The notes: generated from the letters alone by a model not told the origin. Shown: positions 51,664 to 62,856, numbered from the stretch's first letter. The stretch: DNA of 64,000 nucleotides from Bacteroidales bacterium (GCA_035389045.1 DAOORA010000003.1:1-64000); one strand, 5' to 3'. Made by a program: numbers and translations.

Positions 51664-52148
51664 TGAAAAAGCATACTTTAAAAATAAAATCTGATCCTCA
51701 CGAAATTACCGAAGTAGAAAGGTTTGTTGAGAATATTTGTGACTATTATAACCTGAATAGCTCATATTTTGGCAATATCATGGTTGCCGTTACCGAAGCC
51801 GTTGAAAATGCCATTGTCCACGGAAACAAACGGGATAAGGATAAACTTGTACACATTCATTTTGATTTTTCTAAGAAAGGTATCGTTTTTACTATCGAGG
51901 ACGATGGCTCCGGATTTGATTACAAATCAATCCCGGACGCCTCGGATGCCGAAGGTAATCCGGAAAAAAAAGGAACCGGAATCTATTTGATAATGGCCCT
52001 CGCTGATGAAGTTTTTTTCAAGGATAACGGCCGAAAAATTCAACTCGTATTCAACATTACATCCATTAATAAAGAAGTGTTTATCAACCGGAAAAAACAT
52101 ATTGAAGAATATTTTAAAGTCAAGAAGAATATCTTTGAGAAAAAATAA
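51663..52148 (+). CDS. RsbW-like anti-sigma factor/ATP-binding protein (HATPase_c_2)
   Basis: AVTEAVENAIVHGN, IEDDGSGFD and GTGIYLI motifs. Confidence 0.85.
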   Translation: MKKHTLKIKSDPHEITEVERFVENICDYYNLNSSYFGNIMVAVTEAVENAIVHGNKRDKDKLVHIHFDFSKKGIVFTIEDDGSGFDYKSIPDASDAEGNPEKKGTGIYLIMALADEVFFKDNGRKIQLVFNITSINKEVFINRKKHIEEYFKVKKNIFEKK

Positions 52149-52156
52149 TCATAAAA

Positions 52157-52633
52157 ATGCCTGATTTTAAAATTGATTTTTTCCAGAAAGATGTTTGTTT
52201 CTCTCTAAAAAATCAAAAAAAAATCAAATCCTGGCTTATTGACCTGGCCAAAAAAGAAAAGAAATGTCAGGAAGGGTTAGAGGTAAGTATTATCCTGTGT
52301 GACGACAGTTATCTTTTATCACTCAACAGACAATTCCTCCATAAAGAAACGTTAACCGACATCATAACGTTTGATTATTCCGAAAATAAGTCACTCAGGG
52401 GTGATATTTTTATCAGTATCGACCGAATCGTTGAAAATGCTGAAAAATATACACAAACCACAGCGGATGAATTAATGAGAATAATGGCTCACGGTATGTT
52501 ACATTTATGCGGATATACCGATAAAACCCGTAAAGAAAAAACACAAATGACCGCTAAGGAGGACTTTTATTTAAATTTGCTGAGAAATATTAAAGAAGAT
52601 GGTGAATATAAGAAAAAATCACTTTCAAAATAA
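52157..52633 (+). CDS. ybeY: rRNA maturation endoribonuclease YbeY
   Basis: LNRQFL, TDIITFDY, GDIFIS and HGMLHLCGY motifs. Confidence 0.93.
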   Translation: MPDFKIDFFQKDVCFSLKNQKKIKSWLIDLAKKEKKCQEGLEVSIILCDDSYLLSLNRQFLHKETLTDIITFDYSENKSLRGDIFISIDRIVENAEKYTQTTADELMRIMAHGMLHLCGYTDKTRKEKTQMTAKEDFYLNLLRNIKEDGEYKKKSLSK

Positions 52634-54464
52634 GTTATCGTACCTTGTTTTATTTGCCTTGCTTATTTTTATTATCATTGAGCGTTTTGTGTATCATGCT
52701 CCGCGAAGCGTGCTGACCTGGGATGTCTTTGCTTATTATTTATATCTTCCGGCAAAATTTATCTATAAAGACCTTGACCTTTTAAACCCTGCCTGGCTGA
52801 ACGAAATATTCCAGAAATATCATCCTTCGGATACCTTTTATCAGGCGTTCCCCGGACCACAGGGCCCGCTGGTAATAACGGTCACCATCAGTCTCGCTAT
52901 TATGTATTCCCCCTTTTTCTTCCTGGCACATGGATATGCCGCTATGTTCGGGTATCCTAACGATGGTTTTTCAATGCCGTATCAATACGGAATGGCGATA
53001 GGAGGGGTGGTGTACACCTTAATCGGATTGTATTTCTTCAGAAAAGTATTACTGAAGTTTTTCAATGATAGACTGGCTTCCCTGTTATTGATTTTGACTG
53101 TTCTCGGAACCAATTATATCAACCACGCTATAACCAACAACCTGGCGCCTCATAATATTTTGTTTTCTTTATTTGCCGTTTTGGTTTGGTGTGTAATTAA
53201 GTGGCACGAAAGCCCCAAAATACATTATATGGCCTTAATGGGCCTGCTCATGGGTATGATTACACTTATAAGACCCACAGAGGTAGTGTGTGTGCTGGTG
53301 CCGGTATGTTGGGGCGTATATAATAAAAAAACGCTTTTAGAAAAACTTAATTTAATAAAAGAGCACAAATTTCAGATGCTGATAGGAATGATCTGCTTTG
53401 CTCTTGTTATTTTACCGCAACTTTATTATTGGAAACGCCAAACAGGAAACTTCATTTATTATAGCTATCCTAACCCCAACGAAGGACTCGATTGGCTTAG
53501 CCCTCATGTGGGGAATTTTCTTCTGAGTTTCAGAAAAGGATGGATGATTTACACACCGCTGGCCTTTTTTTATTTTCTTGGGATGATACCTTTATATAAA
53601 AAGCGAAAAGACCTTTTTTATCCTGTATTACTGTTTTTTTTGGCGAGTTTGTACCTGGTCTCAAGCTGGTCGTGCTGGTGGTATGCCGGCGCATGCTACA
53701 GTCAGCGGGCGATAGTAACCACTTACGTACTGCTGGCATTACCACTGGGTTATTTTATTCAGTGGGTAAGCAGGAGCCCCCTTATCAAAATTCCGTTATA
53801 CCTGATATTCGTTTTCCTTATCATGCTGAATCTATTTCAGTGCTGGCAGTTTTATAACGGGATATTGAAGGGTTATTCCATGACCGGCAAGTATTACCGG
53901 GCTATTTTCGGAAAGACCCAAATACCCGAAGGGGCAGAAAATCTGCTTATGGTAAACAGGTCCTTTACCCTGGATGAAACCATGCCCGATGTGTCGCAGT
54001 TTAACAGGAAGATACTCGGATATTTCGACTTTTCGGGCAAGGACACATCTTATAAAAACCTGGTAAAAGACACAAGAGATACTGCCAGTTCATGTCTTTT
54101 GATGGATAGTAACTATATGTACTCTCCCGGTCTCTACATTAAATTTAAAAATATTACAGGTGAATATTATGCCTGGATAAAGGCTCATGCAGAATTTTTG
54201 TTGCCCGAATCATACAATGAACCGCCACCGCTTATCGTGGTGACCTTTGTGCACGATAAAAAATGTTATAAGTATCTTACCAGAGAGTTGAAATACGAAG
54301 ATGATGCAAAAGGAGACTGGAAAAAATCATCGGTTGATTATTTAACACCTGAAGTCAGAGATAAGGAAGATACGCTACAGGTGTACATTTGGCATCGGGG
54401 AAAAAACCCGGTCTATATTAAGAATCTTATCGTTGAAGCTTATGATCCGGTCAATCCCCAATAG
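52599..54464 (+). CDS. polytopic membrane protein, probable GT-C-fold glycosyltransferase
   Basis: WDVFAYYLYLP after TM1, LIRPTE, SWSCWWY; many TM helices plus a soluble C-terminal domain. Confidence 0.65.
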   Translation: MVNIRKNHFQNKLSYLVLFALLIFIIIERFVYHAPRSVLTWDVFAYYLYLPAKFIYKDLDLLNPAWLNEIFQKYHPSDTFYQAFPGPQGPLVITVTISLAIMYSPFFFLAHGYAAMFGYPNDGFSMPYQYGMAIGGVVYTLIGLYFFRKVLLKFFNDRLASLLLILTVLGTNYINHAITNNLAPHNILFSLFAVLVWCVIKWHESPKIHYMALMGLLMGMITLIRPTEVVCVLVPVCWGVYNKKTLLEKLNLIKEHKFQMLIGMICFALVILPQLYYWKRQTGNFIYYSYPNPNEGLDWLSPHVGNFLLSFRKGWMIYTPLAFFYFLGMIPLYKKRKDLFYPVLLFFLASLYLVSSWSCWWYAGACYSQRAIVTTYVLLALPLGYFIQWVSRSPLIKIPLYLIFVFLIMLNLFQCWQFYNGILKGYSMTGKYYRAIFGKTQIPEGAENLLMVNRSFTLDETMPDVSQFNRKILGYFDFSGKDTSYKNLVKDTRDTASSCLLMDSNYMYSPGLYIKFKNITGEYYAWIKAHAEFLLPESYNEPPPLIVVTFVHDKKCYKYLTRELKYEDDAKGDWKKSSVDYLTPEVRDKEDTLQVYIWHRGKNPVYIKNLIVEAYDPVNPQ

Positions 54465-54489
54465 CCTAAAAATCAGTCATTTATATCTG

Positions 54490-54505
54490 TGTTTCACGTG
54501 AAACA
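54490..54505. promoter_or_regulatory. parS centromere-like site
   Basis: perfect palindrome TGTTTCACGTGAAACA. Confidence 0.9.
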
Positions 54506-54510
54506 TCATT

Positions 54511-56385
54511 ATGTTTTTAAAAAAATATGACATTATAGTAGTTGGAGCCGGCCATGCCGGTTGTGAAGCTGCTGCTTCGGCTGCGGCAATGGGAGCTTCA
54601 GTATTGCTGATTACTATGAATATGAACCTGATCGCTCAGATGTCGTGTAACCCTTCTATAGGAGGTGTTGCCAAAGGTCAGATCGTAAGGGAAATAGATG
54701 CACTTGGAGGAAAAACGGGTATTGTCACCGATGAATCCATGATACAGTTCCGTATGCTGAACCGATCCAAAGGCCCGGCTATGTGGAGCCCCAGGGCTCA
54801 ATGCGACCGTATGTTGTTTTCTGAAAAATGGAGACTCACACTGGAACAAATTGTCAATCTCGACTTCTGGCAGGATCAGGTAAAAAGAATATTGATCAGA
54901 AACGGAAAAGTGGCCGGAATCGAAACATCCCTTGGGATAAAAATATATTCAAAAGCTGTAATTCTTACCTCTGGAACTTTTTTAAACGGGATCATTCATA
55001 TTGGTGAAAAAACACTAAGCGGTGGCAGAATAGGAGAGGGTGCATCCACGGGTTTGAGCGATTTCCTGGTGAAAGAAGGTTTTTTAAAAGAACGCCTGAA
55101 AACAGGAACCCCCGTCAGAATTGATGGCAGGACTGTGAAATTTGATGTTCTGGAAGAACAAAAAGGAGATCAAAATCCGGGTAAATTCTCTTTTACGGAG
55201 ACCCACCCCCTGAAGAAACAGAAAAGTTGCTATCTGGCCTATACCAATCAAGCCGTGCATGATATTTTGAGTACCGGATTTGAAAAGTCCCCGCTTTTTA
55301 AAGGTCGTATCAAAGGGAAAGGACCACGGTACTGCCCCTCTATCGAAGATAAAATAGTACGGTTTGCAGATAAAACCAGACATCAGCTTTTTCTCGAACC
55401 TGAAGGATGGAACACTGTTGAATATTATCTGAATGGGTTTTCATCATCACTGCCTGAAAAAGTTCAGCTTAAGGCCTTACGGCAAATCCATGGCCTGGAA
55501 AAAGCCAAAATTTTCAGGCCCGGATATGCCATAGAATATGATTATTTTCCACCGCATCAGTTAAATTATACTCTTGAAACAAGACTCGTGGAGTATCTTT
55601 ATTTTGCAGGACAAATAAACGGCACCACAGGCTATGAAGAAGCCGCTGCCCAGGGGTTGATGGCCGGAATAAATGCATATAATAAAATAAATGGCAAACC
55701 GGAATTCATGCTTAAAAGGTCAGAGGCTTATATTGGTGTTTTAATTGACGATCTTATCACCAAAAGTATTGATGAGCCTTACCGGATGTTTACCTCTAGA
55801 GCCGAGTACCGGATTCTGCTGCGTCAGGATAATGCCGATATACGTCTGACAAAAACAGGTAATCACCTTGGTCTGATTCATGCTGAACAAATGAAAAAAT
55901 TCAGGAAAAAGATAAGAAAAATTGATGCATTGACGGATTTTATCAAAACCGAAACAATCAATCCCGATGAAATAAATCAACACCTGGTATCATTAAACAA
56001 ACCCGGAATTAACCAAAAAACAAAACTCGTTAATGTACTTTTAAGGCCGGAAATTTCAATACAGTCATTGATATCATCAAGTGAAAAACTGAAAAATTTT
56101 ATCAGAGTTAATAGAATAAACGAAGCGGAAATTTTTGAAGAAGCAGAAATACAGATTAAATATAATTCATACATAGAAAAAGAGAAAGAAATAGCAGATA
56201 AAATTACAAAACTTGAAAATATCGTTCTGAATAAAAATCTCGATTACAGAAAAATTACGGCACTGTCCAAAGAAAGCAGGGAAAAATTGTCTTTGTTTAA
56301 ACCCAGGACAATAGGGCAGGCATCGAGGATAAGCGGTGTTTCCCCTGCTGATATAACGGTGCTTCTGGTATGTTTAGGACGGTGA
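54511..56385 (+). CDS. mnmG: tRNA uridine 5-carboxymethylaminomethyl modification enzyme
   Basis: [32 protein letters not shown] and [16 protein letters not shown] motifs. Confidence 0.97.
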   Translation: MFLKKYDIIVVGAGHAGCEAAASAAAMGASVLLITMNMNLIAQMSCNPSIGGVAKGQIVREIDALGGKTGIVTDESMIQFRMLNRSKGPAMWSPRAQCDRMLFSEKWRLTLEQIVNLDFWQDQVKRILIRNGKVAGIETSLGIKIYSKAVILTSGTFLNGIIHIGEKTLSGGRIGEGASTGLSDFLVKEGFLKERLKTGTPVRIDGRTVKFDVLEEQKGDQNPGKFSFTETHPLKKQKSCYLAYTNQAVHDILSTGFEKSPLFKGRIKGKGPRYCPSIEDKIVRFADKTRHQLFLEPEGWNTVEYYLNGFSSSLPEKVQLKALRQIHGLEKAKIFRPGYAIEYDYFPPHQLNYTLETRLVEYLYFAGQINGTTGYEEAAAQGLMAGINAYNKINGKPEFMLKRSEAYIGVLIDDLITKSIDEPYRMFTSRAEYRILLRQDNADIRLTKTGNHLGLIHAEQMKKFRKKIRKIDALTDFIKTETINPDEINQHLVSLNKPGINQKTKLVNVLLRPEISIQSLISSSEKLKNFIRVNRINEAEIFEEAEIQIKYNSYIEKEKEIADKITKLENIVLNKNLDYRKITALSKESREKLSLFKPRTIGQASRISGVSPADITVLLVCLGR

Positions 56386-56401
56386 TGTTTCACGTGAAAC
56401 T
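56386..56401. promoter_or_regulatory. parS centromere-like site
   Basis: TGTTTCACGTGAAACT, 15/16 match, immediately after the mnmG stop. Confidence 0.85.
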
Positions 56402-56408
56402 TTAAAAA

Positions 56409-57296
56409 ATGGAAAAAATAATTAATTGCGAACTGTGTGGAAATGATACCTTTGAAGAATACCTGAAATCCAAAGATTATTTCCTGACTAATGAGGAATT
56501 CACAATTGTAAAATGCCCCCAATGTGGGTTGCTATTTGTAAATCCACGGCCTTCGGTGACTGAAATTGCTAAATATTATAAGTCAGAAAATTATATTTCC
56601 CATTCCACCAAACAAAAAGGGTGGCTGGATAAAATCTATGCACTGGTAAGAAAGAAAAACCACCAAAAAAAATTCGAACTAATCAATACGTACAAACAAA
56701 ACGGTTCCATCTTGGATATTGGTTGTGCCACAGGTGAATTTCTTGATTTTTTTAAGAAAAAAGGGTGGAAGGTAAGCGGCGTTGAGCCGAACGAAAGTGC
56801 CAGGAATTATGCCATACAAACTTATAACCTGAATGTTATGGAGGAAAAAGATATTCAGGCTCTGGCTGATGAAAAATTTGATGTCGTTACCATGTGGCAC
56901 GTCCTTGAACATGTTCATGATATTAATGAACGCGTATCCCAGATATACAGGATTTTAAAAAATGATGGATCAACCGTTATCGCTGTGCCCAATTTCATGA
57001 GTAACGATGCGTCATTTTATAAACAATTCTGGGCTGGTTACGATCTGCCCAGACATCTTTTTCACTTTTCGGAAAAAACCATTACAGCGCTTTTCGAAAA
57101 ATCCGGTTTCAGCTTCATTGAAAAAATACCATTACGATATGATGCGTTTTATATTAGTTTAATAAGTGAAAAATATAAAACCGGTAAAAAAAATCTGATC
57201 ACAGCTTTTTATCACGGATTGAAATCCAATTTCCTCGCCCCAAAAAATAATAACGAGTTTTCGAGCATGATCTACATTTTTAAGAAAACGGCTTAA
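56409..57296 (+). CDS. class I SAM-dependent methyltransferase with N-terminal Zn ribbon
   Basis: CxxC...CxxC; ILDIGCATG; MWHVLEH; PRHLFHF. Confidence 0.9.
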   Translation: MEKIINCELCGNDTFEEYLKSKDYFLTNEEFTIVKCPQCGLLFVNPRPSVTEIAKYYKSENYISHSTKQKGWLDKIYALVRKKNHQKKFELINTYKQNGSILDIGCATGEFLDFFKKKGWKVSGVEPNESARNYAIQTYNLNVMEEKDIQALADEKFDVVTMWHVLEHVHDINERVSQIYRILKNDGSTVIAVPNFMSNDASFYKQFWAGYDLPRHLFHFSEKTITALFEKSGFSFIEKIPLRYDAFYISLISEKYKTGKKNLITAFYHGLKSNFLAPKNNNEFSSMIYIFKKTA

Positions 57297-57422
57297 AATA
57301 AGCCCTTATAATGAACGATACCCCCTTTGTGAGGTCTTTACCCGGAAAAAAAAGAAAAATGCGTCAGATTATTTAATTTTAAGCCGTTTTTTTGAGATGA
57401 AAAATTTTTTTATTGAATAAAA

Positions 57423-60400
57423 ATGAAAAAAAATATCACCAAACGTATTTTTTTTGCTGCAGCCGTTTTTTTATTTTTAATAATCCTGAACTTCTTTTAT
57501 AAAGAGTATGTTTTGGATTTCCAAATCCGAAAGGAAACATTACTAAAAAATGTTGAAGAGCAAATTAAGCGAAAGGAAAAAATTGCGGGTAATATTTTAG
57601 ACCACTTAATTCTTGATTCCACTTCGGGTTTTACTCAAAAAATTTTTATTAAGGAAAATCTCCTGCAAATTTCGGAAGACGAAGCCATCACCTTTTTGAA
57701 GTATAAAAACGATACCCTGGTTTTTTGGACCGACAATTTTTTTTCATCACCGGAACTGTTTAATGAAAAAAGGCCGGATAAAAGCATCGTAAAAACCGAT
57801 AATGGCTGGTACTATCTGATCAGAAAAAAATCGGATAATAAGACTTGCTGGGCTGCAGTTTTAATAAAACATGATTATAAGTATGAAAACGATTACCTCG
57901 AAAACCATTTTTGCAAAGGTATAAAGGTGAATATTGATGGTGCCGGGATTTCAGGAAATACCGCCGAAAATTTTATCAGAAATTCAGATAACCAAAAAAT
58001 TTTTTCATTAACCTTCGGTGATGAATCGGTTTATTCCCCCGCACAGCAATCTATTATTGTGATATTTTACTTTCTCGGGCTTATAATTTTCGTTTACCTC
58101 TTATGCCTGATTTATAGACTTCTTTACCAAAAAAGACGTTTAGGAAAAACGGCTTATGTTTTATTTTTTACAGCCACAGTCGTTATGTTAAGGGCGATTT
58201 TATTTTATCTGAAACAGCCAGCAGCATTGTATTCAACCGATTTGTTCGGCCCGTTGTTTTATGCGTCTTCGGGTTTTCTTCCGTCATTTGGAGACCTGCT
58301 TATAAATACAGTACTGTTTTTCATTCTTTCAATTTTTATTTATAAAAACATTTCTGTAAACAGCATCCGTGTAAACAATCAATATTTACAGCTGTTTTTT
58401 CTGGCCGTAATAATTTCATTTCTGGCTGTTTCATTTTTGTTTATCATTTCGACAATCCAGTCGGTCGTACTTGATTCAACCATCTCGTACAACCTGAGCC
58501 AGCTTTTTACCCTAAGCGGGCTGAGTATTGTTGGTTTACTGATTATTTCACTGCTTGTACTTTCATATTTTTTAGTAGCTACTGTGCTGCTGAAGTTATG
58601 TTCGGGCTTCCGTATACATATTCTTATAGCGATTGCTATTATTATATTTAATGGCGTTTTATGGGCAGTTACTGATTATTTTGGTTTGATATGTCCGGTT
58701 CTGTCTGCAGCATGTTTCGTTTTGTTTTCCATACTTTATTTATTATTGCGGAAACTGAACAAACATAAATACTTCTATTACGAAATCCTGGCCTTTTTGA
58801 TCGTTTTTACTTTTACAATTTACTATACGGTGAATAAATCAAATTCAGGCAAGGAAATCGAAAAACGAAAATCTTTTGCTCATAAGCTCTCGTCAGGTGA
58901 AGATCCTCTTGCCGAAAATATTTTTAAGGATGTCCGGAAACAGATTATTGATGATCAGTTATTACTGAAAAAATTATCAGCATATCCTGATAATGAAAAT
59001 GAAATTAAAGAATATCTGACCAAAAAATATTTCTCCGGTTATTGGGACAAATACAAAGTGCAGATCACTGTGTGTAACCCGCTCGACAGTTTGGTTGTTG
59101 AAGCAGGATCCCAGACAGAAAATTGTATCATGTTTTTTGACAACCTGGAAAAAAGCTACGGAAAACCATCATCCTGTAAGAATTTGATGATGCTGAACTA
59201 TGGAACAGGGGGAAATAATTATTTATCACGCCTCGATTTTGTAATAGATTCCTCTAACCTTTACCTGTTCATTGAACTGAATTCAAAATTTATTCCTAAA
59301 GGCTTGGGATATCTGGAGTTATTGATCGATAAAAAGCTCTTTTTAGACACCGATCTCTCAGATTATTCTTATGCAAAATATTTCAGAAATGATTTAATTG
59401 ATGCATATGGAAACTATTATTATTCAACATATTATTCTTTTGATACATCTGCATTTTTAAATAATACGTATATATTTAACCGTAATGGTTATAATCATTT
59501 ATGTTATCAGCCCGAGAAGTCATCTGTGGTCGTCATTAGTAAGAAAAACGGAAATATTTTGGATATTCTTGCGCCGTTTTCGATACTTTTTACCCTGTTT
59601 TCTGTTGTTGTTCTGATCTTTTATTTGTTTGAGTTCATGCTCCCCAACATGAAAACCATACAATTCAATTTTAAAAACCGCCTGCAGGTTTTTATGGTAT
59701 CCATAATCCTTATTTCAATTTTTATTATCGGAATATCAACAATTTATTTTATTAGAAATCTGAATGAAAATAAAAATCTGGATCTCCTGAGCGAGAAATC
59801 CATGTCGGTACTTATTGAACTGCAGAGTAAAATAGGAGACACGGAACATTTAAATGAAGAACAAATGACTTTTTTGAACAGTGCCCTGATAAAGTTTTCA
59901 AATGTGTTTTTTACCGATATCAATATTTTTGATGACGAAGGAAAATTAATTTCTTCATCCAGACCACAGATATTCAGTGAAGGTTTATTATCGGACAGAA
60001 TTAATCCGCTGGCTTATTATCAATTACTTACCCAAAAGAAAACACTGTTTATTCATAAAGAACATATCGGGAAACTAAATTATTATTCCTCGTATGTGCC
60101 TTTCTACGACAGAAGTCATAAAGTATTATATTACATTAATTTACCATATTTTGCCAAAGAAGGTGAGTTAAACAGAGAGCTATCGTCGTTTATGTCGGCA
60201 TTTATTAATATCTATGTGATTATCATTGCAATAACAACCCTGATTGCCTTGTTTGTAGCCGGCCACATAACCAGGCCGCTGAATGTGATCAGAACTAAGC
60301 TCAGGAATATAAAACTAGGAAAAAAGAATGAAAAAATTGTGTGGACAGGCAGGGACGAAATTGGCGGGTTAATTTCCGAATACAACAGGATGATAGATGA

Positions 60401-61124
60401 ACTGGCCGAAAGCGCCGAAATTTTGTCACGTTCCGAACGCGAAAGCGCCTGGAGGGTTATGGCCATGCAGGTGGCTCATGAAATAAAAAACCCGCTCACG
60501 CCGATGAAACTCAGTGTCCAGCACCTTGAACGATCATGGAAGGATAATGCCCCCGACTGGAAAGAAAAACTGGAACACTTCACCAAAAATATCGTGGAAC
60601 AAATTGATAATCTGTCCGCTATTGCATCCGAATTTTCTTATTTTGCCCAGATGCCTAAGCCTGAAAATGAACGAATTAAAATCACAGAACTGGTTGCCAA
60701 TTCCATTTCTATTTTTATGTCAAACAGGGATATAACGATTTCTTTTGATAAAGAAAATGCTCCTGCCGGCTGCGTGGTATTTGCCGATAAAAAGCAGTTG
60801 ATCAGGGTGATGAATAATATTTTAACCAATGCTATTCAGGCGATTGGCGATAAGAAAAGCGGTTTGATCGAAATCGGGATCGGAAAAAAAGTAAACAGTG
60901 TGGTCATTACTGTTAAAGACAATGGCGCCGGTATTTCAGACGAAATGAAACCGAAGATTTTTACACCGAATTTTTCGACAAAATCGGAAGGTATGGGACT
61001 GGGGCTTGCCATTGTAAAGGGAATTATTGAGAACAGTCACGGGAAAATATGGTTTGACTCCGGGCAGGATGCCGGAACAACCTTCTATATCGAACTTCCG
61101 CTTGTTGATGACAATGCTGAATAA
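57423..61124 (+). CDS. large multi-TM sensor histidine kinase (HAMP plus NtrY-like kinase)
   Basis: many TM helices; DEIGGL HAMP; VAHEIKNPLTP, NILTNAIQA, DNGAGI and GMGLGL motifs. Confidence 0.92.
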   Translation: MKKNITKRIFFAAAVFLFLIILNFFYKEYVLDFQIRKETLLKNVEEQIKRKEKIAGNILDHLILDSTSGFTQKIFIKENLLQISEDEAITFLKYKNDTLVFWTDNFFSSPELFNEKRPDKSIVKTDNGWYYLIRKKSDNKTCWAAVLIKHDYKYENDYLENHFCKGIKVNIDGAGISGNTAENFIRNSDNQKIFSLTFGDESVYSPAQQSIIVIFYFLGLIIFVYLLCLIYRLLYQKRRLGKTAYVLFFTATVVMLRAILFYLKQPAALYSTDLFGPLFYASSGFLPSFGDLLINTVLFFILSIFIYKNISVNSIRVNNQYLQLFFLAVIISFLAVSFLFIISTIQSVVLDSTISYNLSQLFTLSGLSIVGLLIISLLVLSYFLVATVLLKLCSGFRIHILIAIAIIIFNGVLWAVTDYFGLICPVLSAACFVLFSILYLLLRKLNKHKYFYYEILAFLIVFTFTIYYTVNKSNSGKEIEKRKSFAHKLSSGEDPLAENIFKDVRKQIIDDQLLLKKLSAYPDNENEIKEYLTKKYFSGYWDKYKVQITVCNPLDSLVVEAGSQTENCIMFFDNLEKSYGKPSSCKNLMMLNYGTGGNNYLSRLDFVIDSSNLYLFIELNSKFIPKGLGYLELLIDKKLFLDTDLSDYSYAKYFRNDLIDAYGNYYYSTYYSFDTSAFLNNTYIFNRNGYNHLCYQPEKSSVVVISKKNGNILDILAPFSILFTLFSVVVLIFYLFEFMLPNMKTIQFNFKNRLQVFMVSIILISIFIIGISTIYFIRNLNENKNLDLLSEKSMSVLIELQSKIGDTEHLNEEQMTFLNSALIKFSNVFFTDINIFDDEGKLISSSRPQIFSEGLLSDRINPLAYYQLLTQKKTLFIHKEHIGKLNYYSSYVPFYDRSHKVLYYINLPYFAKEGELNRELSSFMSAFINIYVIIIAITTLIALFVAGHITRPLNVIRTKLRNIKLGKKNEKIVWTGRDEIGGLISEYNRMIDELAESAEILSRSERESAWRVMAMQVAHEIKNPLTPMKLSVQHLERSWKDNAPDWKEKLEHFTKNIVEQIDNLSAIASEFSYFAQMPKPENERIKITELVANSISIFMSNRDITISFDKENAPAGCVVFADKKQLIRVMNNILTNAIQAIGDKKSGLIEIGIGKKVNSVVITVKDNGAGISDEMKPKIFTPNFSTKSEGMGLGLAIVKGIIENSHGKIWFDSGQDAGTTFYIELPLVDDNAE

Positions 61125-61133
61125 AAAAAACGA

Positions 61134-62156
61134 TCAGACATAATTTTCAAATTGTTTCAGAAACCGTATATCGTTCTCTGAAAACAATCGAAGGTCTTTT
61201 ACCGCATATTTAAGGTTGGTGATACGTTCTATACCCATTCCAAATGCAAATCCGGTATAGACGCTGCTGTCGATATTACAATTTTCAAGTACGGCAGGAT
61301 CAACCATACCGCACCCTAAAATTTCCACCCAGCCCGTTTTTTTGCACATCGGGCAACCTTTTCCACCGCAAATACTGCAGGAGATATCCATCTCCGCCGA
61401 AGGCTCTGTAAAAGGGAAATAGGAGGGACGCAGACGAATTTGAGTGCCGGCGCCGAACATCTCTTTCGAAAAATAAAGCAGCGTTTGTTTTAGGTCGGCA
61501 AAGGATACATTTTTATCAATGTACAATCCTTCGACCTGGTTGAAAAAACAATGTGCCCGTGCCGAAATGGCTTCATTACGGTATACCCTGCCGGGCATCA
61601 GGGCGCGAAGCGGCGGACGCTGGCTTTGCATGAGCCGTATCTGAACCGAGGAAGTATGTGTCCTCAACACAATGTCAGGGTCTTGTTCAATAAAAAAAGT
61701 ATCCTGCATCTCGCGCGCAGGATGATCGGGCTGAAAATTCAACGCTGAAAAATTATGCCAGTCATCTTCTATCTCAGGACCTTCAACCACCGTAAAACCC
61801 GTTCTTGAAAAGATCTGTATGATCTCATTTCTGATGATGGATACCGGATGCCGGGCGCCGTAATTCCCGAAATTCGTATGAAGAGACAGGTCTGTATGAT
61901 CTGCCACCGCAGACACATCGGTTTCAATCAAATTTTTAATATATAAATACTTTTCGCTGGCAGCAGTTTTTAGGGCATTTAATAATTTACCCAATGCCTG
62001 TTTTTGTTGAGGGGGCTGCAATTTAAATTCTTCAAAAAAACTATTCAGAATGCCGTTTTTGCCAAGATATTTTATGCGGAATTGCTCGAGTTCATCGGGA
62101 TTTGTCGTGATAAATACACTAATCTCGTCAAGATGACGCTTAATATTGTTTTCCAT
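61134..62156 (-). CDS. pheS: phenylalanine--tRNA ligase alpha subunit
   Basis: HPAREMQDTF, LRTHTS, RPSYFPFTEPS and GFAFGMGIER motifs. Confidence 0.97.
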   Translation of the reverse strand: MENNIKRHLDEISVFITTNPDELEQFRIKYLGKNGILNSFFEEFKLQPPQQKQALGKLLNALKTAASEKYLYIKNLIETDVSAVADHTDLSLHTNFGNYGARHPVSIIRNEIIQIFSRTGFTVVEGPEIEDDWHNFSALNFQPDHPAREMQDTFFIEQDPDIVLRTHTSSVQIRLMQSQRPPLRALMPGRVYRNEAISARAHCFFNQVEGLYIDKNVSFADLKQTLLYFSKEMFGAGTQIRLRPSYFPFTEPSAEMDISCSICGGKGCPMCKKTGWVEILGCGMVDPAVLENCNIDSSVYTGFAFGMGIERITNLKYAVKDLRLFSENDIRFLKQFENYV

Positions 62157-62214
62157 TGTATTGAACAGTTAATTTTTGAAAAGCCGGCCAGAAATGTACT
62201 TATAATTGAAGTAC

Positions 62215-62856
62215 TTACTTCAATTCAATGATTTCCATTTTAACGTCTTCTACCGGTTTATCGCCGGGCTGTGTTTTTACGGCGGCAATTTTGTGTATTA
62301 CATCAAAGCCATCGGTAACTTCACCGAAAACAGTATAATTTCCATCCAGATGAGGCGTGCCGCCTTTGGTTTTGTAAGTTTCACGCTCTGTTGCGGTAAA
62401 CTTTTTATTCATGCGCTGTTCAAAGGAATTAAGTTCCTCATCGGTATATACTTTTCCCTGAACAATGTAAAATTGTGAGCCCGATGATGCTTTTAGCGGG
62501 TTGACCTGATCGCCCATGCGTGCTGCGGCCAGGGCGCCGAATTTATGAAAATACTTAGGCGTAATTTCGGCAGGTATGGTATAGCCCACATCTTCACCAC
62601 CGGCCTTGGCGCCCCCGCCTTGGATCATGAAATGATTGATGACGCGGTGAAAAACCGATCCGTTATAAAAACCCTCCTTGACGAGTTTTGCAAAATTGTC
62701 GCGGTGCTGCGGGGTTTCATTATATAGCTTCAGCGTAATGTCGCCATAGCTGGTTTTAAGCAAAAACTTAAGTTCAGTCCCGGATTGTTCGTTTTGACCA
62801 AAACCTGCTGCATTGATTAGAAACAGGCCTAAAAAGAAGACAATAATTTTTTTCAT
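62215..62856 (-). CDS. cyclophilin-type peptidyl-prolyl isomerase (exported)
   Basis: FHRVINHFMIQGG, SSGSQFYIV, HLDGNYTVFG; signal peptide. Confidence 0.93.
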   Translation of the reverse strand: MKKIIVFFLGLFLINAAGFGQNEQSGTELKFLLKTSYGDITLKLYNETPQHRDNFAKLVKEGFYNGSVFHRVINHFMIQGGGAKAGGEDVGYTIPAEITPKYFHKFGALAAARMGDQVNPLKASSGSQFYIVQGKVYTDEELNSFEQRMNKKFTATERETYKTKGGTPHLDGNYTVFGEVTDGFDVIHKIAAVKTQPGDKPVEDVKMEIIELK

